Of a DNA stretch of 64,000 nt, positions 49,542 through 59,731 are shown in pieces. Each line of letters begins with the position of its first letter. Position 1 is the stretch's first letter. The notes under the pieces were generated by a model. That model saw nothing but the letters and a program-made list of their open reading frames with translations. It made no database searches and had not been told where the DNA came from. The translations under genes were made by a program, and so were the position numbers. The DNA is from Chromatiales bacterium (lineage in GTDB: Bacteria > Pseudomonadota > Gammaproteobacteria > Granulosicoccales > Granulosicoccaceae): NCBI GenBank assembly GCA_020631335.1, contig JAHDHK010000001.1:7836-71835 (forward strand), written 5' to 3'.

Positions 49542-50434
49542 TCAATCATACCTGTGCTGATACTGTGGCTGACGAGTCTTTCAATAAAAAACTCTACGTG
49601 TCCGATAGGATGTTTCGGCTCTGGCCAGCCATGTATTTTTTTAGCCAGTTTTTTGAGTGCTAGTGCTGATTTTGATCTCGGAAAAGAATCAACCACCGGC
49701 CTCCTGGCTTGAACGCTTTGTTGCAGGTACTCGTCCTGAGGTACGGAACCCAGAAAATTTAACATCACGTTTAGATTATTGTCGGCAACCTTCAGGATTT
49801 TATTGAAAAGATCTATGCCCTGTTGATTCGACGACACTTTATTCACTACTACATTAAACCGATTCACATTGAATTCACGATGCAGAACTTTAATCATTGA
49901 GTAGGCATCTGTGATCGACGTCGGCTCATCACACACAACGACAAGCACCTCACGAGCCGCACTGCAAAATGCAGTCACCTGGTCTGTTATTCCGGCAGAT
50001 GTATCAATAACCATCGTATCAACCGGGGCCTGCAGACTATTGAATGCCTGTATTAATCCTCCATATTCTTTGTGAGACAAAGAGGTAATTGAATGGGCCC
50101 CGCTGCTGGCCGGCATCACACTCACCTGTTGATCAAGCTTGACGAGAATCTCGTCCAGTGCGCGGGTTCCGTTGAATACGTCTTCAAGCGTGCCGCTGGG
50201 GCTAAGACCACACAACACATCAATATTCGCAAGCCCAAGATCAGCGTCCATTATTAGTACTGAGCGTTCGAGACGGCCAAGTTCCAGCGCAAGGTTTACA
50301 GCAATACTGGATTTGCCGACACCGCCCTTTCCTCCGGTTACCGCAATGACCTGCACAGGAGTGGTAGGTCTTTGCGGGATGATCACGTTCTCTGTCGTCA
50401 GCGCAGTAGCACTCGACACCATTGTTGCTCCCAT
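49538..50434 (-). CDS. fleN: MinD/ParA-type ATPase FleN (FlhG)
   Basis: VIAVTGGKGGVGKSS deviant Walker A, VVCDEPTSITDAY, and C-terminal HVEFFIERLV, closely matching Pseudomonas FleN. GGGAG lies 5 nt upstream of the ATG. Confidence 0.9.
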   Translation of the reverse strand: MGATMVSSATALTTENVIIPQRPTTPVQVIAVTGGKGGVGKSSIAVNLALELGRLERSVLIMDADLGLANIDVLCGLSPSGTLEDVFNGTRALDEILVKLDQQVSVMPASSGAHSITSLSHKEYGGLIQAFNSLQAPVDTMVIDTSAGITDQVTAFCSAAREVLVVVCDEPTSITDAYSMIKVLHREFNVNRFNVVVNKVSSNQQGIDLFNKILKVADNNLNVMLNFLGSVPQDEYLQQSVQARRPVVDSFPRSKSALALKKLAKKIHGWPEPKHPIGHVEFFIERLVSHSISTGMIE

Positions 50435-50825
50435 ATCTTGTTCAAAGTAGCGTCAGATCTTGTAACGATCTTTTTTTATAATTTTCATCTTTCCGCAGCA
50501 ATTACCGGCCGGATTTTCACCCTCGGCCAGCCCAGCACTTTCTTAATAAAATTAGAAACTTCCAGATAACTCTTCAGAAGATTGCTTAGATTGTTTACGG
50601 TTGGACAACACCTATATTCAAAAAAGCAATCGACAGGCCACGCTCAGTACAATTATCAGCTAATGAGTCAAAACGTGATGCACCTGAATTTCACTTGCAA
50701 ACCGGCACAGGGAATCAAAATCAGTAGAGGAAAAAACATGAACCGGCTCACATTTGCCGTGTAACAATCGTGCGGATTCGTCTGCTGAAACGGCGCAGCT
50801 AAATCACCAGTCGCCAGTTGCGGCG

Positions 50826-51875
50826 CTATTCTTTGACAACCACAACGAGTTCGCCGCTGCACAATGTCAATTCAGCGTTTTTTATAGGCAGATCATTAAT
50901 CGCCAGACACCGCAGGCTTTTTCCATCTGTCAGTGCGCACTGCTCCGGATTATCGGTGCCGGAATCGAAACGAAGTCGCAACGAAGACCCCGCCCCCATC
51001 GCCTCCACCAGCAGCAGATATAAATCGTCAGCAGTCAACTGCAAGGATTTCTGCACCATTAAATCAAGTGCCGGTGTTTCAACGCACTTGCTCTTCACCG
51101 CTAGAGGCTTGCCGACTAAATCTGCGTGCACAGGCTCAAGTTCAAACAATTTAACCTGGTTCGGAAAATACTGAACCATCTGCTGTGGTGCCGATAAGGT
51201 GACGGTCAGTACGCTGGAGTCAGCCATGCGGCTCAGTGTACCCGGCTTGACAACAATCTCTGCCTCGACCGGACAACATGGACTGCGGGCGTGGGTCATC
51301 TGCGTAAGCGGATTTAACAGCCCGATGAAAAACTCACCGCATTTACCAAAAGCATCCACACGAATGCGCCAGCCACCGGCTAGCCGGGTATCTGGATTGA
51401 ATTCCAGCGGCAGAAAAGCCACCGGATGGTCTATTCCGTCGAGGTGTGCAGCAGGATCAAGGGACGCAGCCACGGCCAGTGAGAAATCGTAGGCCACACT
51501 GGATTGACCAGCGGAATCTTCAGGTCCCACGACGCTGTGTGATAAATCGTGCAGGTGGGGGAATATCTCCAGGCAACCTCTGTCGTAACCGATCAGAATG
51601 CTTCGGTCATGCAGCCCGGTACTGACATGGTGGACCTGCCAATAGTCCGCACAAATGGCCGAGAGCGTCATGCCGTCGTTAATGCCATCTACCACCGTAA
51701 TTTTGTCAGGTTGACGCGCAAATTCGTCACGTGCAGCGGACTGCAGGCTCAGACACAACCCATCACCAATTAACACCGGCCAGTGCCCGACAGGGTCAGT
51801 CTCGCTGGCCACACCGTGCAACGCACCGAGTTTTAACTGATCGAGTAGCTCGACAAGCTCATTTTCTGAAAGCAA
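50826..51875 (-). CDS. Hypothetical protein (349 codons), no recognisable motif
   Basis: A long ORF with no competing long ORF on the other strand. It sits between fleQ and fleN. The only 5' start candidate is TTG 51875. Confidence 0.55.
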   Translation of the reverse strand: MLSENELVELLDQLKLGALHGVASETDPVGHWPVLIGDGLCLSLQSAARDEFARQPDKITVVDGINDGMTLSAICADYWQVHHVSTGLHDRSILIGYDRGCLEIFPHLHDLSHSVVGPEDSAGQSSVAYDFSLAVAASLDPAAHLDGIDHPVAFLPLEFNPDTRLAGGWRIRVDAFGKCGEFFIGLLNPLTQMTHARSPCCPVEAEIVVKPGTLSRMADSSVLTVTLSAPQQMVQYFPNQVKLFELEPVHADLVGKPLAVKSKCVETPALDLMVQKSLQLTADDLYLLLVEAMGAGSSLRLRFDSGTDNPEQCALTDGKSLRCLAINDLPIKNAELTLCSGELVVVVKE

Positions 51876-51904
51876 GAGGCAGCAATCCTTGGAATTGCTG
51901 CCTC
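51876..51904 (-). terminator. Hairpin between fleQ and the orphan ORF (terminator-like, or translational control)
   Basis: GAGGCAGCAAT-ccttgga-ATTGCTGCCTC, an 11-bp perfect stem. On the minus-strand RNA it is followed by UUGCUUUC, which includes the TTG start of the next ORF. Confidence 0.45.
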
Positions 51905-51960
51905 CAACGCAAGCATTGTGCCCTGTTCAAACGGGCAACGCAGGCACCATCAACTACTCA

Positions 51961-53466
51961 TCAAACTGTCGGTGTGTCAGACGTCGCTGGTGCTTCTTCA
52001 GGTCGTTGAATGCGGTACTTTCGCATTTTCTCAACCAGCGTCGTGCGGCGAATCTGAAGCTTCTTGGCAGCATGGGCCACCACGCCGTTGCAATCATCGA
52101 GCGCCTGCTGGATCAGACTGACTTCAATATCAGTGAGATGCTGCTTTAAATCGATACCATCGCGGGGGAGCCTGGGCTTGCTTAACATCGGCAAGGCAGG
52201 TGCACCACCGAGTTGCTCACCGTCCATCGCAACAGGCACCTCTTCAATGTCACTGCCACCCGACTGATTCGGCACGACCTTAGACGGGAGATCTTTAACA
52301 TCAACAACCCCGTGCGGGTGAAGAATAGTCAGTCTCTCCATCAGGTTTGCCAATTCCCGGACATTACCCGGCCAGTTGTAATTGCAAAGCGCCATCACAG
52401 CTGCAGGAGTCAGGCGAACTGACGCATTTTTTTCATGCTCAAGCCGGGTAATCAGCTCATTAATCAACAGCGGCAGATCTTCCACACGATCTTTCAGCCT
52501 CGGCATTTCGACCGGGAACACATTCAGACGGTAGTAGAGATCTTCGCGGAACTTCCCCTCGGCGATATGCTTTTCGAGGTTACGGTGTGTTGCTGCGACT
52601 ATTCTGACGTCGCACTTGATGCTCTTGTTACTACCCACCCGCTCAAAAGATCGCTCCTGGATAACCCGCAGTAATTTCACCTGCATAGGCAGAGGCATAT
52701 CACCAATCTCATCGAGGAATATTGTCCCGCCCTGAGCCAGTTCAAATCTGCCCTGTCGTGCACCGATTGCACCGGTGAAAGAGCCTTTCTCATGCCCGAA
52801 CAACTCGCTTTCGAGCAACTCGCTGGGGATTGCACCGCAATTGATCGGCACAAACGGCTTCGAGCGACGCTGGGAGTGGTAGTGAATATTGCGCGCGACC
52901 ACCTCTTTGCCGGTGCCGGACTCTCCAAGAATCAGCACAGTGGCTTCAGTGGGAGCTACCTGCTCGATCATTTTGCGAACACGCCGGGTTTCACGGCTAT
53001 TGCCGACAAGGCTGCGGAATAATTCCGGGGACTGAGCCTGGGTCGGCGCCGCAGCAGCTTTTGCTACCGGGGTTTGCGGCTCTTCCCTGACGACACCGGC
53101 TTCCACCTCTGCGCGATGAAGCACATTAGAGAGATCGGAAAACTTAGTGTCCGCGGTAATACAACCCAGAAAATTATTTTCAACCTGCTCTGCCGTGATA
53201 TCGAGCGGAGTATTGCCGGAAACCAGAATAAATGGCGGACAACGCTCTACTGAAGCGCGAATCTTCTGCAGATGATCGAGAATACCCGGACAATTGCCAA
53301 TGATAAGCGCAAGCTTTTCAGAGAGACCGGGGTATCCCTCAAGCAACGCAGGCGAACTGATCGCCTTGGCTTCGTAGTCAACAAATTCGAGCTGATGCAA
53401 CAGCTTTTGAGCACGTTCGCTGTCCGAATCGATAACCAGAATTTGATTTTGTTTTGTTTTCCCCAT
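51961..53466 (-). CDS. fleQ: Sigma-54-dependent master regulator FleQ (REC-like / AAA+ / HTH)
   Basis: ILVIDSDSERAQKL N-terminal domain, LFRSLVG, GESGTGKEVVARNIH, GSFTGA, REDLYYRL, and a C-terminal Fis-type HTH. Confidence 0.85.
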   Translation of the reverse strand: MGKTKQNQILVIDSDSERAQKLLHQLEFVDYEAKAISSPALLEGYPGLSEKLALIIGNCPGILDHLQKIRASVERCPPFILVSGNTPLDITAEQVENNFLGCITADTKFSDLSNVLHRAEVEAGVVREEPQTPVAKAAAAPTQAQSPELFRSLVGNSRETRRVRKMIEQVAPTEATVLILGESGTGKEVVARNIHYHSQRRSKPFVPINCGAIPSELLESELFGHEKGSFTGAIGARQGRFELAQGGTIFLDEIGDMPLPMQVKLLRVIQERSFERVGSNKSIKCDVRIVAATHRNLEKHIAEGKFREDLYYRLNVFPVEMPRLKDRVEDLPLLINELITRLEHEKNASVRLTPAAVMALCNYNWPGNVRELANLMERLTILHPHGVVDVKDLPSKVVPNQSGGSDIEEVPVAMDGEQLGGAPALPMLSKPRLPRDGIDLKQHLTDIEVSLIQQALDDCNGVVAHAAKKLQIRRTTLVEKMRKYRIQRPEEAPATSDTPTV

Positions 53467-53963
53467 TGAATGGTCCGGTTGAGTCGAAATATGGATACGA
53501 CCGCCGTGTGAGGTACACAGCAGTCAGCTAAAGATCACTGGGAGTATAGACGGCATTTTGACTTTCGTGACTACAGTGCGACTTTGTCATACAGACTTCG
53601 GCCGGAAAACCGCCCTGCCCGCCCGGCCGCAGCCGTGCATTCATTTTCAAAAGTCTGGCTGCGCAGGTGTTTCCCAGGCAAATTTTCTAAAAAAATCGGA
53701 TATTTAGCTTTGCGCTAGATTTTAGTTCGGCACTGACCCTCAAGCAACGACAGATAGAGATTGCCAACTCGCTATTAACGTAACCTGCTATATTTAATCA
53801 ACACCCGACAGACATTTTGATCTCTTGAGCGCCTTGCCTTGAACTACGTTTCACTTCTCATTGAGCAGACAAACCAGCTGTTTTCTGATCAAGAAAGCAA
53901 TGGTAACGCCGTTATCCTGCAGCACGAAATCTGGCGCAACACGGTCGGAAAGGAAGGGTCGCT

Positions 53964-54272
53964 GTGACCAAACCTGCTCCGGGCCAAACCGTTACTGCCG
54001 ATTTCAGCCAGGCTGGCAAAAGAAGACGTCTGCAAGGACGCCGTCAGCAAACATCAACCGCGGAGCAATCTGCCGGCAAGCCATCTGATGTGCACAACCG
54101 CCGCACTGATGGTCTGCTGAATCACATCGAGCAGGAGTCGATTGTGGACAATGAGAAAGTAAGAAAAATAAAAGCTGCGATTAACGCAGGAACCTATGTG
54201 GTGGATCCCGACATCATTGCTGAGAAGCTAATGGACCTGGAAATCGAACTGACGAAACCAGGGCAGGAATAA
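53964..54272 (+). CDS. flgM: Anti-sigma-28 factor FlgM
   Basis: C-terminal VDNEKVRKIKAAINAGTYVVDPDIIAEKLMDLE matches the FlgM sigma-28-binding region. GTG start with AGGAAGG upstream. Confidence 0.7.
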   Translation: MTKPAPGQTVTADFSQAGKRRRLQGRRQQTSTAEQSAGKPSDVHNRRTDGLLNHIEQESIVDNEKVRKIKAAINAGTYVVDPDIIAEKLMDLEIELTKPGQE

Positions 54273-54348
54273 AAGGTTGTAAGACAACCTAACCAACCGT
54301 GAACACGCGCCGGAGCAATTGACTCCGGCTTAACTGACTTTGGGAATT

Positions 54349-54424
54349 TGGTGGAGCTAGGCGGGATCGAACCGCCGACCTCCTGCATGCCATGCAGGCG
54401 CTCTCCCAGCTGAGCTATAGCCCC
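54349..54424 (-). tRNA. tRNA-Ala (anticodon GGC)
   Basis: The reverse complement reads GGGGCTATAGCTCAGCTGGGAGAGCGCCTGCATGGCATGCAGGAGGTCGGCGGTTCGATCCCGCCTAGCTCCACCA. It has the G3:U70 identity pair and encoded CCA. Confidence 0.97.
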
Positions 54425-54501
54425 GAACAAAGGTGGATCGTAAACAGAGTTTGGTTAACTGTCAATGCAAGGCAGCATAACCGCTTCACTATTAAACACG
54501 T

Positions 54502-55914
54502 TTAAGATGCCTGACTTCGTGCCTTCACGTATTCAATAGCCTTGCCAACACGTGCGACAGATCTGTCTTTTCCGATCATCTGCAGTGTTTCGGCAATATC
54601 AGGCGATGCGCTGCCTCCGGTAAGTGCCACTCGCAACGGCTGACCGATTTTACCGAATCCGACTTCAAGCTCAGTGGCAACCTGTTCCAGTCGGGCTTTC
54701 AATGCAGTGGCATCCCATGACGATGTATGCTTCAACGACTCGCTGATGGCTTCCAGTACTGGCAAAGCAACCGGTCGAAGCTGCTTTTGAGCAGCTTTGG
54801 CGTCATATTCAATGTCGTCGCAATAGTAAATCAACGCCTGAGCAACCATCTCTTTTGTCGTTTGAGATCGATCACGCAACAGCAGCGCAAGCTTTCCCGG
54901 TTCAGGCCCGTTGGCAGAATCTATGTTGTCTGCGATCAATGCCCGCTGCAGTATTTCACCCAATGCATTTTCATCAAGCTCACTCAGATGCTGCTGGTTC
55001 ACCCATTTCAGCTTATTAATATCAAACACGGAACCGGAGCGCTGGCAGCCTTCAAACGAGAATTTCTCCGTCAGTTCCTGCAGCGTGAACAGCTCCTGAT
55101 CTCCATAAGACCATCCCAGCCTGGCCAGATAGTTAAGCAGCGCTGCGGGCAGAATGCCCTCTTCCCGATACTGGGTCACACTGACTGCTCCATGTCGCTT
55201 TGACATACGTTTACCATCTTCACCGAGTATCATTGGCAAGTGTGCGAACTTTGGCAAGGTTGCACCCAGCGCATTGAAAATATGGATCTGACGTGGTGTG
55301 TTATTAATGTGGTCATCACCGCGAACCACATGCGTAATGCCCATTTCTATATCATCAGCAACGACGGTCAGGTTGTACGTCGGATTTCCGTCTGATCGCC
55401 GGATAATCAGATCATCCAGTTCCGCGTTATCGATTTCGATCTTACCTTTGACCAGATCATCGATAATCACCGACCCATCCAGCGGTGTTTTAAACCGCAA
55501 TACCGGCTCAACCCCGGGTACCGGTTCGCTGCGGTGTCGGCAGGTGCCATCGTAACGCGGTTTGCGCTTTTCGCGGCGCGCGGTTTCGCGCATCTCTTCA
55601 ATTCTTTCTTTGCTGCAGTAGCAATGATAGGCGTGACCGCTCTCAAGCAGCTGCTGCGCGACTGCACGATAGTGATCGTATCGGTCGGTCTGGAAAAACG
55701 GCCCTTCGTCATAGTCCAGCCCGAGCCATTCCATGCCGTCCAGAATAACCTGAACCGACTCATCGGTAGAACGCTCGCGGTCGGTGTCTTCCACCCTTAA
55801 CACAAACTGCCCGCCACTCTGTCTGGCGAGTAGCCAGTTAAACAGTGCCGTACGGGCACCGCCCAGGTGCAGATAGCCGGTCGGGCTGGGCGCAAATCGA
55901 GTGCGAACGCTCAT
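54502..55914 (-). CDS. gltX: Glutamate--tRNA ligase
   Basis: RFAPSPTGYLHLGGARTALFNW (HIGH region) and KMSKRHG (KMSKS). Confidence 0.95.
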   Translation of the reverse strand: MSVRTRFAPSPTGYLHLGGARTALFNWLLARQSGGQFVLRVEDTDRERSTDESVQVILDGMEWLGLDYDEGPFFQTDRYDHYRAVAQQLLESGHAYHCYCSKERIEEMRETARREKRKPRYDGTCRHRSEPVPGVEPVLRFKTPLDGSVIIDDLVKGKIEIDNAELDDLIIRRSDGNPTYNLTVVADDIEMGITHVVRGDDHINNTPRQIHIFNALGATLPKFAHLPMILGEDGKRMSKRHGAVSVTQYREEGILPAALLNYLARLGWSYGDQELFTLQELTEKFSFEGCQRSGSVFDINKLKWVNQQHLSELDENALGEILQRALIADNIDSANGPEPGKLALLLRDRSQTTKEMVAQALIYYCDDIEYDAKAAQKQLRPVALPVLEAISESLKHTSSWDATALKARLEQVATELEVGFGKIGQPLRVALTGGSASPDIAETLQMIGKDRSVARVGKAIEYVKARSQAS

Positions 55915-56110
55915 GAAGAAGATTTTCCTGTAATGACAAGAATAAAATTGATCTATACTATCTGTCGATCGTCGAGAGCAGGCAACGCTGTGTCATCTTG
56001 TCGACATCCATCCGCTGGTGGCAGAACATCACCACTGTGCGATCTCTCAATTATACATGTGACAAGCAGCTGGCATCGACAGTAGTTGATCCATTAACGA
56101 AACCAACCAG

Positions 56111-56881
56111 ATGGCCACTGACGGAACCATAACCGAAAAAGACGAACCGTCATCCGAGCCGGCTGTGCAGCAGATCACCTGGCATTCGGTAAGCGCTTCA
56201 GAAACAGGCAACGTGCGCACAGTCAACGAAGATGCGCACCTGGACTCACGGGAGAATTCGCTGTGGGTGGTTGCCGACGGCATGGGCGGACACAGCTTTG
56301 GCGACAAAGCCAGCAGAACCGTGATTGAGCAACTGGCCGGATTCACCGCCAGTGCATCCGCCGAAGAATGCCTGGAAGACATCAAAGCGAGACTGCTCAA
56401 AGCAAACGATATTTGTCGCGACGAAGCCAGCGGCAAAATCATGGGCACAACCGTCGCCGCGTTGTATATCCATAATAATGATGCTTACTTTATCTGGGCC
56501 GGTGACAGCAGAATTTATCGCTTCAGAGGTGACGGACTGGTGCAACTGACCGAAGACCACAGCTATGTGCAGGAACTGGTAACGCTCGGCGAACTCAGCC
56601 GCGACGAAATGGAACAACACCCCTCATCCAACATTATAACCCGTGCAGTTGGCGTGCATCACGAGCTCGAAATAGACATCAACCAGCACAAGGTCCAGCC
56701 GGGTGACCGCTATCTTATTTGTACCGATGGCCTGTTTAAAGATGTCAGTCAGGATGAAATCGCCGGTGCAATGGGATTGATCACAGTCGATGAGTCACTC
56801 GACAGTATGGTTGAACTCGCACTTGATCGAGGCGGACGCGACAACATCACCGCTATTGTGGTTCAGGCATCTCATCCGTAA
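56111..56881 (+). CDS. PP2C-family Ser/Thr protein phosphatase
   Basis: VADGMGGH, GTTVAALYI, CTDGL and DNITAIVV motifs. Confidence 0.85.
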   Translation: MATDGTITEKDEPSSEPAVQQITWHSVSASETGNVRTVNEDAHLDSRENSLWVVADGMGGHSFGDKASRTVIEQLAGFTASASAEECLEDIKARLLKANDICRDEASGKIMGTTVAALYIHNNDAYFIWAGDSRIYRFRGDGLVQLTEDHSYVQELVTLGELSRDEMEQHPSSNIITRAVGVHHELEIDINQHKVQPGDRYLICTDGLFKDVSQDEIAGAMGLITVDESLDSMVELALDRGGRDNITAIVVQASHP

Positions 56882-57017
56882 GCAAGTGAACAGCCTTTGT
56901 TGTTGGCTGCATCCAAACACTCGCTAAACAAATTTATTTCTACTGATACTACCGGGCCGGGCAAACGGTCCACAGCGAAGGGCAATGCCTGCACTGCGGA
57001 CCGGTGCTCATGTGCGA

Positions 57018-59612
57018 TCAGGCGGCGTCTTTAGCCTGCTCTTCAAAGACCAGTTCACCGTCGCGGGTATCTATTAATATCGTATCTCCAGTGGCAAATG
57101 CGCCACTGAGAATTTCCCGCGCCAGACGGTTTTCCAATCGATCCTGGATGGCCCGGCGCAATGGTCTTGCACCATACACAGGATCGAAGCCGGCATTTCC
57201 CAGTAGATCGAGCGTCGCATCGGTGACGTCGATAGTGATACCGTTTGCCAGCAAACGTCTGGCAAGCTGCCCCACCTGAATGCCGGTGATCTTCCGGATA
57301 TGTTCGCGCTCCAACGGATGGAACACGACAAGGTCATCAATCCGGTTTAAAAACTCGGGCCGAAAGTGCGAGCCGACAATTTCCATGACCGCGTTTTTCA
57401 TATCATCGTAATTTGCCGCGCCTGCTTTTTCCTGAATCACATGACTACCCAGATTAGACGTCATTACCACTACCGTATGACGGAAATCGACTGTACGTCC
57501 CTGCCCGTCGGTCAAACGACCGTCATCGAGTACCTGCAACAGAATATTAAAAACGTCAGGGTGCGCCTTTTCAACTTCATCCAGAAGTATCACCGAATAC
57601 GGTCGACGCCTGACCGCCTCCGTTAAATACCCGCCTTCTTCATGGCCGACGTAACCCGGTGGTGCGCCGATCATACGCGCCACAGAATGCTTCTCCATAA
57701 ACTCAGACATATCCAGCCGAATCAACGCATCAGAGCTATCGAAAAGAAACTCAGCCAGCGCTTTAGTTAATTCGGTTTTACCGACACCGGTTGGCCCCAG
57801 AAAAAGAAACGAACCATTGGGTCTTTCCGGTGGTGCGAGGCCCGCACGGGATCGACGTACGGCGTTGGATACGGCAGTCACCGCTTCTACCTGACCGATA
57901 ACACGCTTACCGATTTCCTCTTCCATACGCAGCAGTTTTTCGCGTTCGCCCTCTAGCATCCGGTTAACGGGTATTCCTGTCCAGCGCGCCACCACTTCGG
58001 CAATTTCATCTTCAGACACGCTATTTCTAAGCAACTGAAAATCGGTTTGCGCGGAAGATTCGCTCTGTGCCGCAAGTTGTTTCTCGAGTTCTGGTATGCG
58101 GCCGTACTGCAACTCGGACATACGCTCAAAATCTCTGGCACGCGTTGCTGTTTCAAGGTCTACACGCGCGCGCTCGAGTGCTTCTTTTAAATGTGTGCTG
58201 CCCTGCACAGCCGCTTTTTCTGCATTCCAGATTTCTTCCAGATCAGAATATTCTTTTTCTTTATCACCGATTCTTGTATCCAGTTCAGCCAGTCTTTTTC
58301 GGGATGCTTCGTCTTCTTCTTTGGAAAGCGCTTCTCTTTCAATTTTCAGTTGAATAATTCGACGCTCAAGGATATCCATCGCCTCCGGCTTGGAATCGAT
58401 TTCCATACGTATTCGACTGGCGGCCTCGTCAATAAGATCTATCGCCTTGTCAGGCAACTGCCTGTCGGCGATATAACGGTTAGACAGCGTGGCCGCAGAG
58501 ATAATCGCGGGGTCGGTAATATCAACACCGTGATGCACTTCATAGCGCTCCTTAAGCCCACGCAAAATCGCAATAGTGTCTTCAACACTGGGCTCATCTA
58601 CCAGAATTTTTTGAAAGCGTCTTTCCAGTGCAGCATCTTCTTCAATGTATTCTCGATACTCATCCAGTGTAGTAGCGCCGATACAATGCAATTCACCTCT
58701 GGCCAGAGCCGGCTTTAACATATTGCCCGCATCCATTGAACCTTCTGCTTTACCAGCACCGACCATCATGTGAATTTCGTCGATAAACAGAATGACCTGC
58801 CCTTCCTGCTTACTCAGATCATTCAACAAGGCTTTTAGTCTTTCTTCAAATTCACCGCGGAACTTGGTACCGGCGATTAAACCCGCAAGGTCAAGCGATA
58901 ACAAACGCTTGCCTTTTACCCCCTCAGGCACTTCACCTTTGACAATGCGTTGCGCCAGCCCTTCAATAATAGCGGTCTTGCCTACACCGGGCTCACCTAT
59001 CATCACCGGGTTGTTTTTGGTGCGGCGCTGTAGAATCTGAATAGCTCGACGAATCTCATCATCGCGACCGATAACAGGGTCGAGCTTGCCTTGCTCGGCA
59101 CGCTCAGTCAGATCAATTGTGTATTTTTCCAGCGCCTGGCGATGTTCTTCTGCATTCTGATCTGAAACAGGCTGACCACCACGGATGTTTTCGATCACCT
59201 CACCAATGCGAACAGCATTGCCGCCGAATTGTTTGATCAGTGAAGCAAGCTCCGATTTTTTGTCTTCCATAGCCGCCAGAACAAAAAGCTCACTGGAGAT
59301 GAACTGGTCGTTCTTTTTTTGCGACAGTTTGTCCGCACCGTTTAAAAGACCGGCAAGTTCTTTTGAGATGTGCATCTCACCGGCACCACTGACTTGTGGT
59401 AATCGATCAATCACTTTTCCCAGTGCAGAGCGAAGACCATTGACGTCAACCGATGCCTGTGTCAGCAGATGCCTGATACTGCCGCCCTGCTGATCCAGAA
59501 ACGAGATCATTAAATGCGCGGGCTCAATAAACTGATGCTCACGCCCTACCGCAAGAGACTGCGCATCTTGCAGCGCTTGTTGAAACTTACTGGTTAATTT
59601 GTCCATTCGCAT
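57018..59612 (-). CDS. clpB: ATP-dependent disaggregase ClpB
   Basis: Start at ATG 59612 ([21 protein letters not shown], matching the E. coli N-terminus). Two AAA+ modules ([18 protein letters not shown]) and the middle coiled-coil. Confidence 0.97.
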   Translation of the reverse strand: MRMDKLTSKFQQALQDAQSLAVGREHQFIEPAHLMISFLDQQGGSIRHLLTQASVDVNGLRSALGKVIDRLPQVSGAGEMHISKELAGLLNGADKLSQKKNDQFISSELFVLAAMEDKKSELASLIKQFGGNAVRIGEVIENIRGGQPVSDQNAEEHRQALEKYTIDLTERAEQGKLDPVIGRDDEIRRAIQILQRRTKNNPVMIGEPGVGKTAIIEGLAQRIVKGEVPEGVKGKRLLSLDLAGLIAGTKFRGEFEERLKALLNDLSKQEGQVILFIDEIHMMVGAGKAEGSMDAGNMLKPALARGELHCIGATTLDEYREYIEEDAALERRFQKILVDEPSVEDTIAILRGLKERYEVHHGVDITDPAIISAATLSNRYIADRQLPDKAIDLIDEAASRIRMEIDSKPEAMDILERRIIQLKIEREALSKEEDEASRKRLAELDTRIGDKEKEYSDLEEIWNAEKAAVQGSTHLKEALERARVDLETATRARDFERMSELQYGRIPELEKQLAAQSESSAQTDFQLLRNSVSEDEIAEVVARWTGIPVNRMLEGEREKLLRMEEEIGKRVIGQVEAVTAVSNAVRRSRAGLAPPERPNGSFLFLGPTGVGKTELTKALAEFLFDSSDALIRLDMSEFMEKHSVARMIGAPPGYVGHEEGGYLTEAVRRRPYSVILLDEVEKAHPDVFNILLQVLDDGRLTDGQGRTVDFRHTVVVMTSNLGSHVIQEKAGAANYDDMKNAVMEIVGSHFRPEFLNRIDDLVVFHPLEREHIRKITGIQVGQLARRLLANGITIDVTDATLDLLGNAGFDPVYGARPLRRAIQDRLENRLAREILSGAFATGDTILIDTRDGELVFEEQAKDAA

Positions 59613-59731
59613 AGGTTGTACCCCTGACAATCTGTTTCTATGTCACTGAAAATGCGGTTGCCCGAAAATAAATCAATAACTCATGCCCGCAAATTAAAGA
59701 CTCCGGTAATGACGCAATAGTGCTTCAACGC

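Noticed and set aside
50435-50825. Sigma-54 or FleQ-box promoter in the AT-rich 391-bp spacer upstream of fleN (for example GTGCCGGTTTGCAAG on the minus strand)
   Set aside because: The GG and GC elements are only 3 nt apart instead of 10. I could not find a match to the FleQ box consensus. A promoter probably exists here, but I cannot place it.
53525-53560. Sigma-28-like motif TAAAG-N15-GACGGCAT upstream of flgM
   Set aside because: The -10 part matches the GCCGATAA consensus poorly, and the motif lies about 400 bp from the flgM start.
47613-54424. Interpreting the tRNA-Glu to tRNA-Ala interval as an integrated genomic island
   Set aside because: I noticed no integrase, excisionase, transposase or phage gene, and no direct repeat of either tRNA 3' end. 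The content is regulatory housekeeping genes (fliA, fleN, fleQ, flgM).
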